From positions 1 through 64,000 of the forward strand of contig JAANOX010000144.1 of the NCBI GenBank assembly GCA_020184695.1: 64,000 nt of DNA, in the 5' to 3' direction. Below, in pieces: positions 33,426-43,214 of the stretch. This DNA comes from Histomonas meleagridis 2922-C6/04-290x (taxonomy: Eukaryota > Protista > Parabasalia). The translations under genes and the position numbers were made by a program. Position 1 is the first letter of the stretch; each line of letters begins with the position of its first letter. Below the pieces are notes generated by a model. The model saw only the letters and a program-made list of their open reading frames with translations. It did no database searches and was not told the DNA's origin.

Positions 33426-34274
33426 CCACTTTGCTGAAGGGTTTTAAAAAATTTCTTTTATCACAAATTTGAATGCATGGAGGGTTCTTTGCCAATACAA
33501 ATTTCAAAGATTTTACACTTTTTGTGATCGATCCCGACCTCAAACAGAGATTGTCAAAATTGCTAAGCGACTTTTTTATAACCATCTTTTGTACGTTAGT
33601 TTTTACAAACCAAGTCAATTTATTTTTGAAAAAAAAATTATAGAAAAAAATTTCCAAATAGATATAAATTAACAGCATGGTATGCTTATTATGTTACCTT
33701 AAGGTAAAAAACAATACAAAACAGTTTTTTTGTAAAAAAAATTGATTATTATTTAGATTTAAATAAAAGGAAAACCTCTAAACATATTAAAAAATATTTG
33801 ACTTTGTGTTAAAAATTCAGCTAAATGCATGAAAAATTTGTATAATTTTTATGTCTATTTTTTTGTAATATATCATAATTAGGAAAAAAATATTAACATA
33901 AAAGGGCAACTACACTAGAAAGAGTTGAAGGACAAAGCGAATAATGAATAATCAATCGATAATATTATTTTTAAGAAAATTTAAATAGTGAATTCTTTTG
34001 TTTTGGTATTTTTTGCTTGTCGCATTCATTCTATAACGACTATCATGTGTATTAGTGTCTAATTCATCTGTAAGATTATCTTACCATTTTTTTCTACAGA
34101 TAAATTTTCATCTCGGAGCTTTCTGAGCAGTGTTAATTGCTAACCGTTTTGATTCAAAATTAGAAATTTTCACACAAAAATTCAATAAAGGGAGTTGTCG
34201 TTGAACAACACATAAGTGGTCTGGCGACCGTTTTAAACTATGATTCTTTGCGGTTATACTGTCAAAAAACGCTT

Positions 34275-34877
34275 ATGTCTGAAGGAATTCCAACCTTCAA
34301 ATTTCTTCTTATTGGAAACAGTGGTGTTGGCAAAACATCACTTGTTACTCGCCTTTGCGAAGACAAATTTTACCGCGAGAAAAATCCAACAATTGGTGTT
34401 GAATTTTTAACAAAAAATATGAAAATTCAAGATAATGATGTTTGCCTTCAAATTTGGGATACAGCTGGCCAAGAAAAATTTCGAGCAATCACAAAATCAT
34501 ATTATCGGAATTCAGTTGGTGTACTTGCAGTATTTTCAATTACTGATCACAAATCATTTGAATCCATGAGTGAATGGATCAATGGTGCTCAAAACCTTTG
34601 CGAAACTAACGTTAAAATTTTGTTAGTAGGGAATAAAGTTGATCTCAAATCTTCACGACAAGTTACACTTGAAGAAGCTCAAGATTTAGCAGATTCCTAT
34701 TCCATTAAATACATAGAGTCATCAGCAGAAAGTAATACAAATGTAACTGAAGCTTTCGAACTTGTTGCGCGCGAAGTGTATAAGGCTTATATTTCAAACG
34801 AAATTGTTCTCTCAAATAACCTGTTTCAACAAGAAAATACAGAAGAAGACAAGAATGATAAGAGGCGATGCTGCTAA
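34275..34877 (+). CDS. Rab-family small GTPase; ATG at 34275
   Basis: GNSGVGKT, TIGVEF, WDTAGQEKF, GNKVD, C-terminal CC prenylation motif. Confidence 0.95.
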   Translation: MSEGIPTFKFLLIGNSGVGKTSLVTRLCEDKFYREKNPTIGVEFLTKNMKIQDNDVCLQIWDTAGQEKFRAITKSYYRNSVGVLAVFSITDHKSFESMSEWINGAQNLCETNVKILLVGNKVDLKSSRQVTLEEAQDLADSYSIKYIESSAESNTNVTEAFELVAREVYKAYISNEIVLSNNLFQQENTEEDKNDKRRCC

Positions 34878-35776
34878 TTATTTATATATTATATAATCTA
34901 TCTGTTGCTTTTTTGCAATAAAACTTTTTTTTTTGGTTTGTTTTGTTTTTATGAATAATTTTAATATGTAAAGAAAAAAAGATTTTGTTGAGTTTAATTA
35001 AATTGTTAAATTTCATGAACACATTTTTATTAATGTACAAACTATAGGGAAATTGACTTACAATTGAATAATGAACGATTGTTTTATATTCAATTTTCAT
35101 GAAATGTGTTTTTATTGTTTGTTATAGAATTAAATTAAATATTTTATTATCTGCCATTAAACAACAACATTTAAATAATTACATAGTCAAGAATATATAC
35201 AAAAGATATATAAATATTTATTACAAGAATTCGGAATTAATTATTCACTAAGTATTAATATTAATAAAGAACAACATTGGAAATTATCATCGACATTATA
35301 TTTAGATTGGAGACATAATTATTACGACCGAATAAACATTTTGATCAACATCAAATGGCATCTTTATTATATGATTTACATGATCAAACAGAAGCATTAT
35401 CAAGATTACAATCATTTAGACAAATAAATTCAGATTCAACTAATTCAATAGAAACCACAACTATTGAAGATAATAAAATAATAATATTAATGAAAATGAC
35501 ATAAATAATGATGAGAGTAAATAATACTATGAACAGTAAATAATTTTTGGTGTTATTAAATGAATAATATTCTATAATGCATTTTTCATTTTATTTTTCA
35601 CAAAATTTATCAGCAAATTATATGAAAATTATGCAATGAAATATGATATAAAATATTCTATTTATCAAATTTTGAGTCATATAATAATATTAATCAAATT
35701 TCATGGGTTATTAATAATGTATGGAAAAAAACTGAATTTAGTAAATTTTTATTTCAATAATTAAATATTTCCTCTT

Positions 35777-37358
35777 TTATCCTTGAGAATCTTTTAATTT
35801 TATTATGTCATCACATTTATGATGTTGAATTTTGTTTACAAACAACTGAATAATATCTGCATATTTATTTTCTGATGCTATTATAAGCGCTGTTTTATAT
35901 ATTTGAAAGTAATTCCAAATGTTTATATGAAATATCATATTATTTAAAAATAATTTAAATAAAACAAAGAAATATTTTTAGCATCGATATCAACATTATC
36001 TTGTTCAAGAAGTAATTTAACTATTTCCGTATAACCTTTTGAAGTTGCTTTTATAAGTGCTGTTTTAAATAATTTGAAATATTTTTAAACATTATTTTGA
36101 AATATTCCAAAATGATTAAAATAAATCCAAAATAAAACAAATAAATACTTTTAGCATTAATATCAATTCCTTCTTGTTCAAGAAGTAATTTAACTATTTC
36201 TGTGTGACCTTTTTGAGATGCATCCATAAGTGCTGTTTTGGGTATTTTAAATAATTTTCAAATATTATTTTAAAATTCTAAATTGTTAAGATAAATTTTA
36301 AATAAAACAAATAAATATCTTTAGCATTAATATCAATTCCTTCTTGTTCAAGAAGTAATTTAACTATTTCTGTATGACCATTTTTAGATGCATCCATAAG
36401 TGCTGTATCAAATAATTTAAATAATTTCCAAATTTTATTTTGAAATATAAAATTATTCAAATAAATCCAAAATAAAACAAATAAATACTTTTAGCATTAA
36501 TATCAATTCCTTTTTGTTTAAGAAGTAATTTAACAATTTCTGTGTGACCATTATAAGATGCTAAAATAAGTGCTGTTCCAAATATTTTAAATAATTTCCA
36601 AATATTGTTTTGAAATATTAAATTATTCAAATAAATATTAAATAAAACAAATAAATATCTTTAGAATTAATATCAATTCCTTCTTGTTCAAGAAGTAATT
36701 TAACAATTTCTGTATGACCATTTCTAGATGCAGATATAAGTGATGTAAAAAATAATTTAAATAATTTTGAAATATTATTTTGAAACACTAAATTATTCAA
36801 ATAAATTTTAAATAAAACAAATAAATATCTTTTGCATTAATATCAATTCCTTCTTGTTCAAGAAGTAATTTAACAATTTCTGTATGACCATTTCTAGATG
36901 CAGATATAAGTGATGTAAAAAATAATTTAAATAATTTTGAAATATTATTTTGAAACACTAAATTATTCAAATAAATTTTAAATAAAACAAATAAATATCT
37001 TTAGCATTAATATCAATTCCTTCTTGTTCAAGAAGAACTTTTGTGACTTCAGAATGACCTTGGCGTGTTGCCCAATGAAGCGCTGTTTCATTAATTTTAT
37101 ATTAATTCCAAAAATAAATATTAAACATTCAATCTTCATGAGAAACATATTTACCATTAATATCAAATATTTTTTGTTCGATTTGCCATTTAATAAATGA
37201 TACAAATTCTTTTTGGTATTGAGAAAGCATCAGGTTGTGAAGAAATTTGACACTTTTAAATTTGGCATTTTTTTATTATCTTTGTTTTCTTTTTCAATAT
37301 ATGATCTCCAGTCGGGTAAGAGTTTATATAAAAATATTAGAATTTTTATAAAGTACAT
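35777..37358 (-). CDS. Ankyrin-repeat gene: eight intact ankyrin modules separated by eight non-coding AT-rich spacers (63, 83, 83, 83, 83, 83, 86, 83 nt); 170-bp tandem period
   Basis: Modules such as TALMDASKNGHTEIVKLLLEQEGIDINAK (87 nt). Spacers at 37087-37149, 36917-36999, 36747-36829, 36577-36659, 36407-36489, 36237-36319, 36064-36149 and 35894-35976. Probable ATG at 37358, with one A7 frameshift near 37270. Confidence 0.8.
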
Positions 37359-37769
37359 ATATGTGATAAAAAGTTAATTTAAACATATCTTGATACATTA
37401 TATTTATGGAGAATCGTATTTAGACGTCGTAACGTTCTCAGGGAACGGTTATTTTCCGCGCCAAATGATTTCCTAAAAAAAACCCCGCGTATTTCTTTTG
37501 GGCATATTATCGACCGTTTATTAAAACTAAATACACGATAGAACTTTTTGAACACATTACAGAACGATAAACGATAGAACTAGCCGTCTCAAAAAGTTTT
37601 ATCGTTTAACGGTCGTCGGCCTGGGCTGAACAATGTATTTGATATGAACCGTAAAAATGAACCCAAACCACACTGGCCATCATGGATGCATGCATCTTGA
37701 TAAACATCCATATTTTTTTCCATTTAGTACTCTTATTAAATCATTTGGTTTTTATTTTTTGTTTTAGTA

Positions 37770-40700
37770 CAGCTCGTTGCAATTGATTTTATAAGGTCAG
37801 CAAAACAAAATATCCGAAATTGAGAAGTTTACAAACCGTCTGCAAAACCGATTACTCCTGATGCAAAAGTAAATCCATTGATCTCAAAACAAAGTATCGA
37901 AAAAGTGATGCGTGCAAAACAAAATACCCCTAAGACAAAAGTAAATACCCAATATTGAAAGGTTTACGAACAGGCAGAAAAACAGGGTATCCCGCTAGCA
38001 AAACTAAATATCCAAATTTGAGCAGTTTACAACACAAAATAAGGACATATGGATTTTGATAAATAAATCAATTGTTTTTTAATTATTCATCTAAAGTTTG
38101 TAGGGAATACGACTTAATTCAAGCTGAGTATTGTGAAACAGTCATCAATTAAAATATTTTCACTTCTTTCTGCTTTATTTGTGATGATAATATTTCTCGT
38201 CACTTTTTTAATCATTCAAAAATTCATTGCATGAATTATGCATTATATATAATTTAAATATATATTTACAGAGTTTTATGTGTAATGTACATCAAACGTT
38301 ATATTATACATATTTTACAATTTATTTGATAGTGTAGTAGTCTAATTGATTAGGCTACTTGGGCGGGAAATAGGGACGTTATCTGTCCCCTATTTGGCCA
38401 TTTTTGGTTCGTATCACGGCGTTTTTGTTTTTTCATTTTTATTTAAATTAATCTGAATTTTTTTTTTCATTTTTTAAATTTGTGAATGGTGACTTTATAG
38501 GCATAAAATTTTTTTCATAATAAAATAGAATTCGATTAAGTATTTTGATAGTGATTTCAATTCAAAAATATGGAAAAATGAAGTAAAAACATCAATAAAA
38601 TTTTTCCCTAGCAATTGCTATGATTTCTGATTCATCATCGAATTTAACCACTGTTTTTCGAACTAATTCTTTCCAAATTCCTATTACATTTTCGATTGGA
38701 TTTAAATCTGAAGAATATGCAGCATTATAAACTACTTTGTTCCACTTAACATTTCTTCAGCATGTTTGTGAATTGATGCATTGTCCATCCAAAACACAAT
38801 ATTTTCTGTAAAATGTATTTCTTTGAGTAGATATTTAAGGAAAGCTTCAAATATCTCACCTGTTACAAATCCTCTAATGAAAAACAATATTGCATACCAG
38901 TCGAACTAATTGCGAATAGAGCAGTACCATGTAATCCTTTGATAGTTTCAGAATTTTTCAATCTTAATGATCCTTCACCCCAACCTCTTACATCGACGTA
39001 ACCCACCTCGAATGATGTTTCATCAACACACACCCAATCATATCCTGCTCGAATGTAGGACATGAGTTTATTACATGCCTTTTTTCTTATTTGTTTATTT
39101 TCCGGTGTGTTCGCGGCAGGTGTTCTTTTCTGTGCCTTTTTGATATAAGAACCCGGTAAATTATCATTCATTGCTTTCTTTTAATGTATCACTGAATAGT
39201 AGAAAGACAAATATCTTCATTTTTAGCTTTTTTATAGTCAGCAGCCATTTCTTTTTAATTCATAAAAGGATTTTTCTTGGGAGAAGAAGTTAATATTTTT
39301 CCATATTCGTAATCAATTTGAATCTTCTATCCACCCTTATGAACTTGAGTTATTATATCCTCTCCTGATCGAATTTTTCTCAATAATCTTTTACAATTAT
39401 TAATTCTTATTCCTGTATTAGCAGAATATCATAATACAGTTTGATCATCATGGTAAGTATTGAATAGATCCAATAATTTTTTTCTTTGTTCAATTGTAGT
39501 TCTGACATATAATTTTTTTCCCCTTTCATTTCCATTTGTATTTACTTTTTTCGTTTTATTTGTATTTGAACTTTTTTTTGTTTTTCTGGATGGTGTAAAA
39601 TTGAATTGTACTGCTTTAATTTCTCTGATTGGAACTACTAAACTTCTTAATGAATACGCATTTTCAATATATCTTTGTATATTTTCTTTAACTTTGACAT
39701 TTAATACTTCAAGACTTCCATGTGGAAATGAATTTGTCTCTACTCCATTTTTTGAATTATTAATATCTATTTTTTGAATTGAATTAGTACATTTTTCTAA
39801 CTCCCAAACCATTGGATAAAAATCATCCAAATTTTTTGATTTAACGTAAATTAAACCAACAATACACATTTCATCGAAACTTGGTAATGTTAGTTCATCA
39901 TCAATGTCATTTAAAGAATTGATATGTTTCACACTCGTATCATTAAAATAGTACCATTTGTGATTAATAAGAAGTCAAATTGTATAATGCCCTGGGTTAA
40001 TATTATTTGAATGATATATAACTCCACGTAAAACAAATTTTTTTGTTTTCAAATTATCTAAACTAAATTTAGACATTCTAAGTATTCTATTAATTTTAAA
40101 AGGGCTATTATCAAAATTCCAATTTTGATCTAAAGGTGCAATAGAAAATATTATAATTTTGGAATGAGTTGTGATTAACTTTGTTTCATAAATTTTTTTT
40201 TCTGCTGTTATGTTTTTTGTGTGAAAATATTTTTCTAATAATGGTTTCACACTTTCTTTGCTTTTTTTATTCGAGCATAATGGAATTTCTGAAATAAAAT
40301 AATTTGTCGTATTTGTTTTTAATTTTTCATTTGATTTTTTTGTTCTTTCAACAAAATAAAGTGAAGTGATGAATAAATTTTTGATTGATTTGGGGAGTTT
40401 CTCAATAATTAAATTAAAAATTTCAAAGAAATCTTGCTGACTATTTGAATTAATCGAAAACTCTTCTGACATTGTGTTAATAAAATCGGATAATTCAGTT
40501 GAATAATCTTTTTCATTGTTCAATGTTTCAAATAATTTTTCGAATTTTATTGTAGAACTAAAATCTGATGCAAGTATTTTTTTGATAGTTTCTGAACATG
40601 GAGGACAATGTAATATCATCTGTAAAAAACAATTAAGATAACATGTGTTTCCAAAATTAAAAATACCATTAGGAACATTTTCCAAATTATCATTGGTTCC

Positions 40701-41007
40701 CCAAGTCGATTGTGCAGACGAATTCATTTGTGACATAAAAATTTCAGATAAAATAAAAATACATTAATATTTATTCACAAATATTTAATATTTATTTTTT
40801 TTTGCAAGCTACTTTGTTATGCACGCGTCACTTTTTTGGATATTTACTTTTGCAATTGGGATATTCAGTTTTGCAAACGTCACTTTTTGGCTATTCTGTT
40901 TGTCTGGTTAGCTACTTTGTTTTGAGTAAAGGAGATTTACTTTTGCACGCGTCACTTTTTGAGATATTTAGTTTTGCACACTATATAAAATCAATTGCAA
41001 CGAGCTG
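37770..41007 (-). mobile_element. Tc1/IS630-superfamily DNA transposon, 3238 bp, nested in the outer element
   Basis: TA|CAGCTCGTTGCAATTGATTTTATA ... TATAAAATCAATTGCAACGAGCTG|TA (perfect 24-bp TIRs, TA duplication); inverted subterminal motif arrays; DDE ORF inside. Confidence 0.92.
38590..40736 (-). pseudogene. Decayed USP (peptidase C19) - HTH - DDE transposase ORF
   Basis: Cys box GIFNFGNTCYLNCFLQ, QQDFFE, His box GHYTI*LLINHKWYYFND. The same frame continues into YVRTTIEQRKKLLDLF (HTH-like), then VCVDETS, WMDNASIHK and YSSDLNPIEN. Interrupted by TGA at 39975 and 39429, TAG at about 39330 and three frameshifts. Confidence 0.85.
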
Positions 41008-43214
41008 TACATCTTATTCAATTTTTGGTTCTTGTTTTTTGATTTAGTACATCTTATTTAAACATTTGGTTCTAATTTTTTGATTTGGCATATCTTATTT
41101 GCTCACTTTGCCTCACTTATTCATTTGATACATCTTAATTTGCATTTCGTACGTCTCATCCAACCTTCACTTATTCATATAGACGCATAATTTAATCATT
41201 TTGATACACCCATTTTAGTCATTGTTTACAAAAATTTTTTTAATTTTTGTGAAATTCTTGTTTTATTTTTTGCGTTTATAATCTTTCTTTCATGTGTAAC
41301 TCAAAACTTTTGTGATTTAGTTTTTAATTTCAGCCATTCTCTTTCATATACGTGGTAGGCAGAGGTTGACGACTTTTTCTGTGTGAATATTATTGAATTT
41401 TTTCCAAGGAATTGAACAGATCTGTTTTTAATCTGACCAAATTTGGTTTCAAAAAGTTCACAATGTGATCATTTTGCATTCAAATAGCTACTTCACAAAG
41501 ATTTTTTCAACATTGATGTTGATACTCATCAGGGAATAAAATTATAAAAAAATTTATTTGATGATAAATTATTGTAATATTGAATAAAATAAATTTCTAA
41601 TATTCATAATTTTCTCATATATATTAATACATACTTCGTATATTATTTTCTAACACAATTCTGTTATAATAGAATTTTTATGGGTATAAAATGGCATTTA
41701 TCTCAATTCAATTTTTTTAACTAATTTTGATGGGAGCAATTTGGCATTGCATAAAAAAATTAAATAATTTTAAGAGAATAAACTATTCAATAATTGAGAA
41801 CATAGCGACCGTTACGACGTCTAAATCCGATTCCCCCCCCCCTATATTTATAATGAGATAAACATCAATTTATAACCAACATCAAATTCCTTAATCTTAA
41901 AGTCTGAAATAAAAAAGTGTGATACTATTGTTTTTTTTATATATTTATATTATCTATGATTTGGAAAATTAATTATTTATCGAATTTATTAAAAAAAAAA
42001 TATGATATAAATAAAATAATATTTTAATTTTTATTTATGGTGATATGATTTTTTTTGATAACAGATCGAGTCAAATCATGCTGTTTTCAAAGAAAATTAT
42101 ATTATTTCCTCTATATTAATTCGCCAAAATATTATTTTTTAATGCAACAAGAATAATCACTTTAGTGTCATCAAGTTTAAATTCAATTTAGAATGAAAAG
42201 CCTAATTATGTCATTAAAATAAGCAAAAATGAATATGAAAACAGTAAAAGATTTTTTTAATAATAAAGATGAATGTATCAGCCTGCAACACACATTAAGA
42301 TAACAAAAAATCCATGCACATTAAATTGTCAAAAGTCTTCTAATAATATTCAATGTTCAGAAGAAAACATTATTTTTATTTATCTTTAAGAAATTGATTA
42401 AGATTATGGACCAATAATAAATGGAGATGCACCTCATGGATATCCTCCAGAAAATCCTCCTGAAAATTATCCTAAAGTTGATCCAGAACCAGTTGGGCAA
42501 TATAAACCATAACCTATTGATTGTCCAGAAGAACCCACACCAAAGAGAGAAAGTAAGTTTATAAAGAATTTTTTTTTTGATTTTTGGGATTGTCACTGCA
42601 GTAATTATTATAGAAATTACAAATTCATGGAAATTACAAATCTTATCTGATATATCAGAACCCAACCTTACTTTTCACATTTGATCTCTGAGCGAATTTA
42701 ATTTATTTTCCTTTTCTGCACTTTATAATAGGAAACAATAGATAAGATAAATCCTAACTATATTGTTAAAATAAACATATATCAATTAAGGGCGTCAGAC
42801 CAGATATGTATTAAGAGTATTTTTGTCACAAATCATTATATGTTGGATTTAAATCGATATGAATTTCAAACAATAGTATACTCAACATAATGAAAATGAA
42901 ATATTAAAAATATTCCATGAATTTACACATAAACATGGATATTTATATTTTGCATGGAAAAAATGGTTGAGAGGAATTCAGAAGTCATTCAAATCATCAT
43001 TAACAAAAAATGAGTGAAAAATATCTATTGCATTCAATATTCTCAATATTAGTTTTCCCACAATTATTAATCGAAAATATAATTAAAATATAAAATGTCA
43101 AAACACAATATGATTAAAATATTTATTTAAAATCATATTAAAAATTATTATTTTATTTTCGAGATATTTTCATTTTATATTTAGCTTAGATCTGGTCGGG
43201 CTGAATAACGATAG

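Larger units (their letters stand above)
37408..41842. mobile_element. Outer TIR element with 9-bp target-site duplication (Mutator-like, non-autonomous, about 1.2 kb without the nested insert)
   Basis: TIR core GAATCG(T/G)ATTTAGACGTCGTAACG at 37411-37434 and inverted at 41810-41833. TATATTTAT directly flanks both ends (37399-37407 and 41843-41851). Confidence 0.8.

Noticed and set aside
36064-36999. Spacers as ordinary GT-AG introns (GTATTT...ACAG, 86 nt, would restore the frame)
   Set aside because: GT is present in only 2 of 8 spacers (it is the Ser variant of the D/S/N codon). The AG is the T-A codon junction and is absent in the two ACA-TCA units. No CTAAC branch point is present.
36747-36999. 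Spacers as U12-type AT-AC introns (ATATTT...AC)
   Set aside because: That cut removes 84 nt and leaves 86 nt per unit, which is out of frame. There is no ATATCCT consensus or U12 branch site.
36237-36999. A single programmed -1 frameshift per repeat (T TTA AAA heptamer plus downstream stem; the -1 frame is open in four spacers)
   Set aside because: The -1 frame has stops in 36237-36319, 36064-36149, 27923-28005, 28279-28361 and 28449-28537. The heptamer is missing from several spacers, and 43-nt and 63-nt spacers need other shifts. It cannot be the general mechanism.
35890-37150. CRISPR-like repeat-spacer array
   Set aside because: The context is eukaryotic, the repeats are ankyrin coding modules, the spacers are homologous to one another and there are no cas genes.
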